This document shows, piece by piece, positions 52,551-64,000 of a stretch of 64,000 bases of DNA. Location: assembly GCA_951406725.2 (NCBI GenBank), contig OX597822.1, positions 88,536,001 to 88,600,000 on the forward strand, written 5' to 3'. This stretch comes from Octopus vulgaris. Taxonomy: Eukaryota. Both the position numbers and the translations under genes were made by a program. Every line of letters begins with the position of its first letter. The first letter of the stretch is position 1. A model generated the notes under the pieces. It was not told the DNA's origin. It ran no database searches and saw only the letters and a list, made by a program, of their open reading frames with translations.

Positions 52551-53349
52551 TACTTTCTACAATGTTATGAATGAAGTAATACAGCACTAAATCGATACCG
52601 AATCGCGAACACACTCGGCTTTGAACTAAATTCTACTCTGCACTACTAAACAGTTTGTGTAAAAATATTGCAACCATATCATATTTGGATATTTATTTAG
52701 GTTTATTGAAAAGATTTAGGATTCAAAACTAAATTAATTACAATATGAAGTCAGCATCTAACAAACTGAATGTCAGTTTTCTGAAAAGCATTAACAACGC
52801 GCAGCGAAGTGGATTTATTTTGAACAACAATTGAAACCAGGTTGTGGACTCGTCCGACTAGGAACATTACTATACATCATTCGCTTACCTTGTCACTGAA
52901 AATAAGTGAACATGGAATTAAATGGTTCTCACGAAAAGCAAACGTTTCATTCATGTGAAAAATTTCATTGCTGCTGTATCAAGACCAATATAACTGCTCT
53001 TTGCCGGAAAATCTGCTGTCACTAAAGGAAAGAATAATTATGACATCTGAAAAAAAATTCCATTCTAAATGTGCAAAACAATCACTCAGTTTGGTTTTTT
53101 GGTATAACACGAAATTCTAGCTATATAAGCTTAAATAAACATATATTAACCGTTTTTAAGTAGAGTTCACTGTCAACAGATTCAAATACTAAAATGACAA
53201 GCAATACATCCTGAGTTGGCTAAGTACTGTTGTTTCACAGCTTCATTTCATGTTGTTTTCTCTTTCTCTCAACTCCCGATCCATACATCTCACGGTACTA
53301 CTGTTTATCTATTTGGTTCGGTTCGGACTAATATAATAGTACGAATACC

Positions 53350-53638
53350 TATTTCTTTATTACCCATAGAGGGGACAAACAAGGACAGACATATGTATTA
53401 AGTCGATAACATCGACCCCAGTGAGTAACTGGTACTTAATTTATCGATCCCGAAAGGATGAAAGGCAAAGTCGACCTCGGCGGAATTTGAACTCACAATG
53501 TAAAGACAGACGTTACTACCCACAAGGGGCTAAACACAGAGGGGACAAACAAGGACAGACAAACGGATTAAGTCGATTACATCGACCCCAGTGCGTAACT
53601 GGTACTTATTTAATCGACCCCGAAAGGATGAAAGGCAA
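53350..53638 (-). mobile_element. SINE family 1 A+A dimer, 5'-truncated
   Basis: Two tail-A units; the 3' flank on the element strand starts GGTATTcgtac. Confidence 0.88.
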
Positions 53639-53849
53639 AACCAAAAGTTAACATTAAAATTTTCAAAAAATTTCATGGAAGTGTATTTTTTTCTAAAGGT
53701 GAATGATTATTTAATTTTTTTTTTTTCGCAAATCAGTATATTATCATTCATATCATTTCAATATATTTGAAAATTAATATAGTTACCAGTCTAATGCCAG
53801 CCTCAATCGATCAAACATTCTCAGTAGCCATAAAACTGATTGATTCCAT

Positions 53850-55950
53850 TTAGATTTTGTGGTATGGGGAGTAAAAGCGTAGTTCACCTCGATCCTTTCC
53901 AGCCGGGATATAACCGTAGTAGCTCTACCCGCATAACCTCTGGCCAGAACCTAACGTCAAATTCTCTGAACTCACGTGGCCACCGTATCTGTCCCAAGCA
54001 ACCATCCCAAAGCAAAAGTAATCCACGCTAGTCTCCCTCGGCTCACATGACTTCTATCGGTCCTCTCCTTCCGACAAGACACCTCGGCCGTTCGCATGAC
54101 GTCCCTGACCCTATACTTCCGGTCCTCCCCAGCCCCACATGCACCTCTTATCTCAAAGATCCCCCCTCATCACCTCAATCTATGTCAAAATGCGCGATCA
54201 ACTTGGGCAGACATCTCACTCGCTGTTACACACACAGTGATGGAGCGCTGCTCGCATCCTCTCTTCCTCCTTCTTCATTCGACGAATCGATAATCCTACA
54301 GTCGTTACTATTCCTTTTTCCCCATTGAGACTTACAGCGCGCATTTGAGAGCTTTACCCACACTTCATCCCCTACCTGCACGAAGGCAGGTTCTCTCTCC
54401 TACAGGTCGCTTTGATACCGTACATAGGTGTCTCCATTCGTATCTGAATATCGTTCTGTGTGGCACCGACTCCTCAGCCTGTCCTGACCGAGGCGACACA
54501 CTATACAAAAATACTGACTCAATTGTTGAAATATGTCCTCTTTTCTGCCATGATTTTGATTGTACGTTGGTGTCTCTTTACGATCCTAATTTTACTCAGC
54601 CTTTACGCCGCTCTGAAGAAATGGTTCACCTTCCACTTACCAAATATTTCCTTCGGTGCTTCCGAGAAAAATACACTATGTTTGTCCATTAGCAACTCAT
54701 CCACAAGACCCGCTCCAGGAATATCTCGTTCAGGATCGTGCAACTTCATCTCCAGTCCCCGTCTTGATTTCCCACTATATCGCCATCTGCCCCGATCCGC
54801 AGTTGGCTATCAAGAAATACATCCCCTGCCAGCAGTGTATCACATCCACTGCTAATCGTTTCCAGCTGTGTTCCACTGAGATGTTTCCCATCACGTGCAC
54901 ACCCAGAGCGGAGTCGATGGATTGCCACAACACCCGATCATTTTCAGAATGCTCTGTCTTGTAACGTCGAAGCCAACTATTCTTGGCTAGGTACAGGGTC
55001 TTATCTACTTATCTACCTATGATGCATGGTATGCAGTCTTCTCAGCGCTTAGCCGATACACTGTAGGTGTCTCCTATTCCGAATCCGCTGGCTCTGCCAA
55101 CCAGGCTTTCCTCACCCTGGTTAGGACGCCCACCTTATTTCTTTCGAGGGCACAAAGACCGCACTCGATTTCAGATCAGATTCGGCAGTTAGCTCTCCCA
55201 GAATACCCAGGTGACACTTCATTAACATTTTTGCCTCTCACTTCGTTCATACACTCCTGTCATCGGTTATCACAGATCCTACCCTTCCAAGCACAATGGC
55301 CGAATTGGTCCGAATCTCGATAGTACGCAGCCCCCATTTCGGGGCCAGATTAACTTCCTTCAGCACTGTGTCCAACTCAGCCACGTTGATGTGGTTGCAA
55401 TCATCAGTTTTCCTGAGCCAGGTTGTGTCTTCTACCTCGTCAGCCCCTATTTTTAGAATGACTACTACAGTTAGCGGCTAGTATCGCATCGTATGGCCCC
55501 ATTCTCCAATTTAGGCACATACCAGCTTCCTCCTACTGGTTCTTCCGCATTAATCCTCTCTAGCATCTCCCGCATTACAGCCATTTTGTTCCCCCACTTC
55601 CCGGATTGCCTCATCCGTTCGTCTCTTGGTGTAACTACAGGCTATTCAGAGACACTCTACAATTGGATAGTGACCAACCAGTCTCCCATACATGGAGAAC
55701 AGTTCTTGTCTGTTCACACAGGTGCTCATTTCCGGAACCGTGTTTCCTCTCCGAAATACCAATATTTCTGCAGCTCCTCCTACCATCGCCCCTTGCAGTT
55801 TCACAGTTAGTCCGAACTTCTTTAAGTGACCTATGATCTCTGTTGCCAACACCACGATCTCGTCTACTAAGATGTCAATATAGGAATTGGTGAACTTTCT
55901 CACCCTATACTTCCGGATCCCCTCAGCCTCACAGATTTTACTGATACTTA
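53850..55950 (-). pseudogene. Heavily degraded Tx1/L1-clade ORF2 with internal deletions
   Basis: EN-like start (VRK...IDILVDEIVVLATE), YE..RGKNVN.KS-like post-RT motif and a Cys-rich end; many stops. Confidence 0.55.
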
Positions 55951-56338
55951 CAGGTAAAATAATTTGGATGCCGAAAACAAAATCAAACGTGAGAAGGCAG
56001 AATTCAAATAACCTAAAAGACAGAATATGGGAATATTTTAAGGGCAAAATAAAATGTGGGAAATTATCTTAAAAGACATTTATTTACAGCTTTAAAAGTG
56101 ATTTTGTTGAAATATTTTATTTTGGTTCCGTTAGAATAGCAAAGGAAAGCGAGATATGGTACGCATATTTACATACAAAAAGTGAATAATAGAAATGTAA
56201 CGCAGGAATCCGATATTAAAGACAAAAGCGACAACTGAAATAGTTTACTGAATACAACACTTCTTTAAATTCTTCGCTATTGAACAATTTTCTTCTTTTT
56301 TTTTCTTTTTTTTTATAAACATAAATAGTTCAAACTGT

Positions 56339-56779
56339 GGATCTTTTCCGTTTGAACGGCAGTTTTTTCTAGCGGTGTCATATGAAATTGTCACCCATAA
56401 TTATGACCCTAGTATCGATCTATTACATGTCAATCTGTTTTAGGGTTAGGGTTAGTTAGGGTTAGTTAGGGTTAGGGTTTAGGGTTAGGGGTGGGGGAAA
56501 GGGTATCTTTTTTTCTTCACAAATGTAAATAAACCCAATCTGTTTCTTAAACGAGGGACATATTCATACGGCACAGAATGTTTTTTTACCTCAATAGACG
56601 TAATTGATTGGTTGAAATTGCAGAAATTGAAGAAAAAACAACAAATATCTTACAAACTATAGAATTTTCTCAATAAAGCCAAGAGAAAAAGATGTTTTAT
56701 AACCACATTCTACCAGTATACGAATTTTTTAGTTTCCTAGAAATTATGTTAAAAACTGCCGTTCAAACCGAAAACATCC
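56339..56779. mobile_element. MITE (Merlin-like), second copy, inverted, with an internal TTAGGG array
   Basis: Same TIRs; 8-bp TSD caaactgt (56331-56338 / 56780-56787). Confidence 0.93.
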
Positions 56780-57032
56780 CAAACTGTTGGAAAGCAGCAT
56801 TTTATATGTTGGTTTTATGAAGCGAAAGAGTGACGGCAAAGGGAAATAAGCAAGTGCACGAGTCGCAAAATTTAATATAATAATCGTTTGGTTTGTTTAC
56901 GTTTTTTTGAAAGAAAAATGGAATATATTCGATAAGAGAATTTAAAAAACGAAGTATTCAATAAGTTATTTAAATTTTCGTTTGTGTCTTCGATGTCATA
57001 TCCCTATGATACACGTAAAAGTAGTAATGTTA

Positions 57033-57236
57033 AAGGTGGGGAGCTGGCAGAATCGTTAGTACGCCGGACAGAAAGTTCAAGCCATTTCTTCCGGTTTTAT
57101 GCTCTGAGTTCAAATACTGCAGAGGTTGACTTTGCTTTGGGGTCGATAAAATAGATAGCAGTTGAACACCAGGGTCGATGTAATCGACTTAGCCTCGCGC
57201 CCGAAATTGCTGGCCTTGTGCCAAGATTTGAAAACC
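57033..57236 (+). mobile_element. SINE family 1 monomer (tail B)
   Basis: aaggtggggagctggcagaatcgttag...ggccttgtgccaagatttgaaa. Confidence 0.85.
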
Positions 57237-57364
57237 TATCATTATCATTAATCTCAGAACTCTCGATTTTACTTACTCTGCTTAATTCTGTAAGAGCGGA
57301 TAGCAAACTGTTGTCAAAATTCTCACAGGGTCTCTTTCCACTATACTTAACACCCAAGCGTAAC

Positions 57365-57604
57365 TAAATATACAGACCAATCTCTAAACAAGCGCCTGTG
57401 GACGATGTGGAGAGAGCACTTGCCGTAGTGGTCAGGGCCTCCGTGATTTTGTGGGGTTTCCACACCTTTCCATCTCCTGGGAATCACTCGTTGTTAAAAT
57501 TTATATTTTTGTAATTTTTTACTTTTTTACACGCTTTTTATGTAAGCCCACATTGTATTGTCCCTAACGTCTTTTGTGAACTCTTAGCGGTTAATGAAGA
57601 AAAT
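57365..57604 (+). mobile_element. Probable 3' UTR of a Tx1-type LINE (short 5'-truncated insertion)
   Basis: T-rich tract, then tgtccct...aact-cttagc-ggtt aatgaagaaaa; same layout as 37540-37590. Confidence 0.5.
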
Positions 57605-57636
57605 GTTGTTGTTGTTGTTGTTGTTGTTATTATTAT

Positions 57637-57800
57637 TGAGTGAGAGAGCAGTACATGCCATCAAAGTGACACTGGGGTAAAATATATGAAGCCCAGTATA
57701 TCCATCATAACTACCCGTCTGATAGAGGTGCACCAGGCACATGCATCACAACCGTATGTGCGCGACATAGTGATCTCATCTCAAGATAAACAGTGCATTG
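57637..57800 (-). mobile_element. Repeat family 3, 3' part
   Basis: Homologous to 8668-8830. Confidence 0.8.
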
Positions 57801-58180
57801 TTGTTGTTGTTGTTGTTGGTGGTGGTGTTGTTATGACCGCCAAACGGGAAAGATACGAGAACTTGGAGCTCTGTAAGTCGTAAGAACATTCTTAATCTTT
57901 TCGGCCGGTTAATATCCTATTTTTTCATTTTAATTGGTACAGCTTTGTTTTTAACTTTGCCTGGACTGCACTGGTAGTATTTCTGTTTAGAGACACCCCC
58001 TGTTTTGCAGGGGGTGCACATCAATATTGTTGAACTCTCTTGAACTATCTGGAAAAAGTAAATGTTTTGTTATTTTCCAAATAATTTGAAACATGGCGGA
58101 GAAAGAACTAATTGAAATGTTCGATGAAGGGACGTGTTCCTTATCCGAAAAGCAAGAGAATGCTGACGTAGCGTTGACCA

Positions 58181-58862
58181 CGAGGGGTTCTGGAAAGTTC
58201 CTGGCTTTAAGGGTATCGTGAAAAGGTAGAGCTGTTATCTTTACAGGAAATGTAGAACAACTATTTAGAAGATATGCAAAAACTCATGATGGTATACAAT
58301 AGTCATGAAGGTATACAAGTCAGCTGGAAAGATTCTGGCTTCAGTGTTCTGGAACAAAGACAGAATACTCCTCATAAAATACCTGCCAAAGTGTAGCACC
58401 ATTAACGCAGAATACTACATTCTCTGTTGGACGAACTGCGGAAAATCTTGAACCAGTGACGCCACGGAAAGCTGAGCCGTGGTGTCTCGTTTTTGCATGA
58501 CAATGCACCAGCACACATAGCATGTGAAACTCTACGGAAAATACGCGACTTTGGCTTCGAATTGGTAGACTGCCCACCTTACTCTCCTGACTTGGCCCCC
58601 TTCCGACTATCGCCTCTTTCTACAACCGAGGAAATATCTCAAGGGAACAAAATTTCACTCCGATTCGGAAGTGATCGCTGCTACAGAGGCCTGGGTGGAG
58701 GCCCAACCTTCCGAGTTGTTTTTGCGGGGCTTAGACAAATTGAACGACCGATGCAATAAGTGCGTGAATCTGAGATGGGAATATGTTGAATAAAATCATA
58801 ATTAACTGATCCTCATATATTTTCTTTTACATAGAGCCAGGAAATTTTCATCACCCTTTCAT
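58181..58862 (+). mobile_element. Internally deleted mariner with both TIRs
   Basis: TIRs cgaggggttctggaaagttcctggc / gccaggaaattttcatcaccctttc; HDNAPAH and PYSPDLAP motifs. Confidence 0.88.
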
Positions 58863-58879
58863 AAGTAAATGTTGTCACC

Positions 58880-60260
58880 GCCACGCCAGTGAAAGCAAAC
58901 ACTGAACGTAATACATTTTTGTCTACTAGCAACTTCAAAACATTTGACAGTTCAGCAAAACAACAATTCAACGTATTCGACAATGCCAGTAACAACAACA
59001 ACGACGACAATAATAACAATAACAACATCAACAACAATATCAACAATAAATCTAAAGAAAAACAAAAAAAAATTGAAAGAAATGCGAAGACCACTACCAC
59101 CACCACTACCGCCACCGCCACCGCCGCCTCCGTTGCCGCAACCACTGCCACTGCTGCAGTCACAAGAAATGATGGAAAGGGAATCTCTTTTGCGAGCGCT
59201 GCCAAAATCTGGAAGAGTTCCTCATAAATAAAAATTTTAAACTGGCCAGACAAACTATTAAAAAATTGGGAGAACAGTAGCCCTTAACCCTCCACCCGAG
59301 GCAATAGAAAATATTTTGAGATGCACGGTTATATACCGCTGCATCGGAGCAAAATAGTGCCGGATGGAAAATGCTATTGAGACCCAAATTCAAAAATGCC
59401 TTAAGCACGTGTACAAATATAAGATCGATATCACTCGGGGAAAAAAGTTTGATGCGATTGAAATGCGGTTTCGGACTGAAGAAGATACCAGGTTTCATTT
59501 CGCGACGATATTGAGGAATGAAGAACTCTTCCTAATCCCGAGTTATTGCGGCCAACGCATTGTTGAAGTTAAGGTGATAACTGTGCCACCAGAAATATCC
59601 ATCATATAGTTGGTGGCGGCTGTCTTTGCAAGTATAGAGGAAGAGGTGGTTATCTTGAAGGTAAAGCAAATACCGCAACACAACTGATCAAGTATGAGTG
59701 TCAAACTTACCAAACAAGCTAACCAAACATATATTAACGAAGTACCTGACCTGATAGACCTCCCAGATGGCACCTGCCTAACGGTGATTGTGGGGAGTAG
59801 ACAGCCAAGATTCCACATATGTGGATCTGTGATTCCTTTAAAGGCTTTCTGCCCTCAAAGAAAACAAACCATCCATAGCTACCAACACCACAAACACAAA
59901 AAACAAGTGGAACTGCTAAAGCCTGCAACACCCATACCCAAACCAAGACAACAAAGGAGTTTACTCCCAGCTCCCACGGAAAAGCAAGCTTTTCCTGAAA
60001 GGCCCTGCTCCCCAGACCACCAACAACAGCAATGAGATGAAGAAAGAAGAGCAGGCCGAAACATGGATCACTGTAACAAAAGGGAGCAGGCAAAAGCGGA
60101 GGAGGGTACATATCCCTACTCCAAGAACACAGCAAAAACAAACACAAAATCCACAACTGTAGCCCAATTCACAACTACTTCAACAACAAGAAAAATAACA
60201 ATATCATAAACAATAATAAAAAAACACAGAAACAACCAATAAGGAAACTGCAAAAACAGT
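58880..60260 (+). pseudogene. Tx1-type ORF1 remnant with no ORF2 following
   Basis: SFASAAK, VKVITVPPEI, VIVGSRQPRFHICGS...KAFCP (degenerate knuckle), TWITVTK; parallels ORF1 at 32646. Confidence 0.72.
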
Positions 60261-61049
60261 AAAATAAAAGTGTTCTGGACATCGCTTCATCTACGTGTGT
60301 GAGACGAGGTGGTACGTTTTTCTATGATCGATTTACGTAGTGGATAGATTTGTTTCTCTCTCTCTCTAAAATTCCTTATCTTGTCATTTGCTAATTGGCC
60401 TTTCGTTCCTCTGCTCTTTTATTGACAACCTTTCTGCTCATAAGGCATAAGGTGTTTCTCATATAAGTGTTAGTAAACCTTTTCCGCAATTACTCCTGTA
60501 AGAAGTTTCCACATACTTGGTAGATATTTAAGTCAACGTTTCCTTTCAATTTTACTTCCAGTATTAGATATTAGGCAGGTTCTTCCTTTTTGTGGCACTC
60601 ACTCTTTCACGTGTACACATTTAGTTGTATCACTATGGTTTCATGAAGGCTTGCGCGTCCTTATCTTCTTTTAATTGCTTTCGAATATTTACTTCCATAA
60701 TGTTTGTGTGTGCATGTGTGTTTGAGTGAATGAATTATTGATTTTGTGTGACTTCATTAACACTGTTTGAACAAAAATGGTGATGTTACTTAGGTACTTC
60801 TGTGAAACAAAAGTCCCATTGTTCAGCAGCTTCATTAATTTCAATGAGTGATGACCATTGGAATGAAAAGTATATTACTCGGAAAATAAGTAAGACTTCG
60901 CAATGGGAAGAGCATTCAGCCATAGAAAATCAGCTTCAATAAGACTCATCTGATCCATGCAAGCATAGAAAAATGGGCATAAAAACAATGATGCCTTTTC
61001 CTGTGCCTCGAAATTTTCAGTTTAATTTTTCATTGGTATAATTATTGTT

Positions 61050-61980
61050 TGACATTTCTTCCCCCAGATTTCTGTCTCAAAAAGCTTACTTTCTTCATTA
61101 TTCGATCTTATGTTATATTTTTCTCTTTTCCATTGAGAATATCAGTAGACGTTTCTAGTTTCACTGGAAAATGCGATTTTGCTAACATTAGTCGTTAGCT
61201 TCATCGTATTTTCTGATTTTGACATCTTTTGCTTTTACTCTCTACTTTAGTACCTCGATAGCTATCCTAATTCCTTATTTCCCTTAATCTATCTTTTTAT
61301 TCATTCTTCAATTTACTCTGCTTCCTTGAGACCAGTTTACTCACATATTTCCAAAGGCCACTAATTTTTGTTGGTGTCCATCTTTTCCACCAGGAAACCG
61401 GCTGGTCCTACTTTTGTCCTTTCTTTTACCTCAGCAATTCTGCAGCTAGATTGACATCCGCTAATGCTAATGTGCTGGTACCTTAAATATTTCCACAAAT
61501 AATCTTATCATTTACATTCTTTATTTTTGCTGTTGCTCTTTAATCTTGATTCGATCCATTGTTCTCAGATTAACTAACTCTAAGCCTCTGCTTCCTACAG
61601 TTTGTGATTTAGTGTTTCAGAGATCTCTAGTTGGTCGTCATCAAGGGTATTCCCATGAAATTTTTCTTCTACTGCGCTGCTTCGTGCCCTTGTTTCAACT
61701 ACAAGCATTCCATTCTCCTGGGTGGCTACGATGATTGCATTCTCTCGACTCTCAGATTCTGGTTCCATTATGTTAATTCTTGCAGTTCTCAGTTGATTTC
61801 CGTATCTCTTCAACTTCTAAATCTGAAAGATATTTCCCATTCTTGATACACCATTCCATCATGCGAGCTGTTGTTCACCGACTTTAAACATTCCTATATC
61901 ATTCCAAATGTCCAGTTTTCTTTTTCGGAATTCTTGTTTCTTTGGTTCACTTCCGTTGTTATTCCGTTTATTTATTTACT
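61050..61980 (-). pseudogene. R4/Dong-clade LINE N-terminal ORF fragment
   Basis: RKRKLDIWNDIGMFKVGEQQLA...YLSDLEVEEIR, SWWKR and AIEVLK.RVKAK..KIRKY motifs across stops. Confidence 0.65.
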
Positions 61981-62015
61981 TCTTCTTCTTCTTCTCCTCC
62001 TCCTCCTCCTCCCCC

Positions 62016-62072
<57 letters not shown>

Positions 62073-62288
62073 AAGGCGGCGAGCTGGCAGAATCGTTAGC
62101 ACGCCAGACAAAATGCTTAGCGGCATTTCGTCCGTCCTTACATTCTGAGTTCAAATTCCGCTGAGGTCGACTTTGCCTTTCTTTCTTTCGGATTCGATGA
62201 AATAGGTACCCGTTGCGCAATGGGGTCGATGTAATCGACTGGCCCCCTCCCCCAAAATTTCATGCCTTGTGCCTATAGTAGGGAGGAT
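62073..62288 (+). mobile_element. SINE family 1 monomer (tail B) after (ATT)n
   Basis: Full head, body and ccttgtgcctatagtag tail. Confidence 0.9.
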
Positions 62289-62292
62289 TTAT

Positions 62293-63612
62293 TATAATTT
62301 ACTTTTAATCTACATGTTTGTTAAAATCACTTGCCGAGACACACCCAGCGTCCTCGGGCGAATGAAGGATAAGAGATGTTACAGTATGACTGAAACCTTG
62401 AAGAGGGGAAGTGGCGGGCGCAGTAGCAAAATGTCTTCATTTAATACAACACAGACATTTAAATTGATAGGGTTTTTCTAGGGATGTGGACAGTACTTGT
62501 CAGCACAATTTTTTGGATTTCTCTGAGACATGGTTCTCCTGGGATGTTATCTAGATGTTTCTGACATCCCTTTTTTATCATACATAGGGCACCTACAATT
62601 GCAAGAACAGTTCTTGCTTTAAGATGCCACATCTTTTGTATTTCAATTTCCATGTCCTTATATTTACTTAATTTGTCAAATTCCTTTACAGATATATTTT
62701 TATCAGTGGGAACATTTACATCTATTAGTTTACAGGTATTTTCTTCCCTGCCTTTAATAATAATGTTTGGTCGATTATTCTGTATCGTTTTGTCAGTGTT
62801 GATTGGAAAATCCCAGAGGATAGTGACATTTTTACCTTCAACGACTGGTTCAGGATGATGTTCATTCTAGTAAGCAGGAGTGCCGATTTTGTAGTGTTCA
62901 CATATTTTCCAATGTAAATAATGTCCTACTCTATCGTGGCGACTTTTTCATTCGTTTGGTGTCAGCACAAGACATCCCGAAACGAGACGGTCTATTGTTT
63001 CGTCAAATGTGTCGCAAAATTTGCATTTAGGGTCAGAACCGTTTTGAAGAACGTTAGCCTGGTAGTTTCTGGTAAGCAAGCTTTGACCTTGTGCCGCCAG
63101 TATGAAACCTCCAGTCTCTGCTTTCAGTCCTGAACTTCTCAATCACTGATGGGTTGTTGCTTGGTCTACATCAGCATTTCGACTTCAAAGAATATACTGC
63201 CTGGCCCCACCGTTCCTTAGTTTGTTTCTGCTTGTTTGGTAGCAGTGGTTTCGGGTTCTTCATCTAATTCAGGGTTAATGCCAAGTTCCCTTACGAATTT
63301 GCAAGCTTCTTTGACAATAGAATGTAACTTTTTGTTGCTTTCGTGTTTGCACGCAAGCCGCAGCATCCAGTCCGCTGTACTAGATAAGTACCTGTTCATT
63401 GGTATTATGGAGGTCCTATAGCACAGTTCTAGCTGCATCAGTCCTCTTCTCCCATTACTTCTAGGTAGGTACAGACGATCAACATCTGCTTTTGGGTGGT
63501 GCATGTTCCTAGATGTTAGTAATTTTCTTATCTTCCTGTCCAGGCGTTGGAGCTCTGTGGGATCCCAGTTAATGATGTTAAAACCGTATTGGACCACTGG
63601 AAGTGCCAGGGT
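62293..63612 (-). mobile_element. R4/Dong-clade LINE 3' part (RT end, CCHC, restriction-like endonuclease, 3' UTR)
   Basis: LDRKIRKLL, HPKADVDRLYLPRSNGRRGL, LKAETGGFILAAQGQSL, CKFC...ETIDRLVSGC, ILWDFPI.TD, IVGALCMI; (TAA)n context. Confidence 0.9.
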
Positions 63613-63630
63613 ATCTTATTATTATTATTA

Positions 63631-63994
63631 TTACCTCCGCCTTAGCGAAGGTGGGGGTATTGTTTTCAGTTGCGTTTGTTTGTTTGTCCGTGGACAAGAT
63701 ATCTCAAGAACCGCTGGATGGATCCGGATGAAACTTTCAGGAATGTTTGGCCTCGTGAATGGCACGAACTGATTAGATTTTGGAATCGATCTGGTACCGG
63801 ACAAGGATTCTGGATTATTTTTCCGGTTTCTTGTTTTTTTTTACTTAATTTTTAAGAGGAGTCAGGTTCATTTTTAGTATTCCCGTTTGTGAGAGCAGTC
63901 GAGCTTATTTCAGATATTCTCATTTTAAAAATCATCTCTGGCTAGTCGTTGGTGCTGCCTTGGCGGAGGTTTGCGCTCTCTGAGTGCTCTTGTT
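63631..63994 (+). mobile_element. DINE-1/HINE-like (Helentron-associated) element, complete
   Basis: 5' subTIR acctccgcc with a nearby inverted copy, (GTTT)n, 3' subTIR ggcggaggt, terminal hairpin gcgctc-tct-gagtgc; inserted in a TT-rich (ATT)n tract. Confidence 0.85.
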
Positions 63995-64000
63995 ATTATT

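Noticed and set aside
56440-56497. Telomere or chromosome fusion site
   Set aside because: The repeats are internal to a MITE with TIRs and a TSD.

Overview
This is repeat-rich, AT-rich eukaryotic DNA, most likely octopus (inferred from the tRNA-SINE families and microsatellite style). It consists almost entirely of decayed transposable elements and simple repeats. Retroelements: one near full-length but disabled Tx1/L1-clade LINE plus four other Tx1-type pieces, CR1-type, RTE and R4/Dong LINE fragments, Penelope-type pLTR remnants with hammerhead-like cores, and about 30 SINE copies. DNA elements: two mariners, an hAT, a Chapaev3-type element, tandem Helitrons, DINE/HINE elements and two Merlin-like MITEs carrying TTAGGG repeats. 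Only one plausible host coding exon is seen (21075-21741, minus strand). The main observation is one SINE family with two alternative 3' tails. Tail A matches the 3' stem-loop of the Tx1 LINE in this window. Tail-A copies are almost always followed by GGTAY, a motif present in the SINE's own body, so copies pile into one another as head-[body-A]n-body-B multimers. This looks like a self-targeting, Tx1-partnered SINE system. All family assignments come from motif recognition by eye, with no database search, and many element boundaries are approximate.
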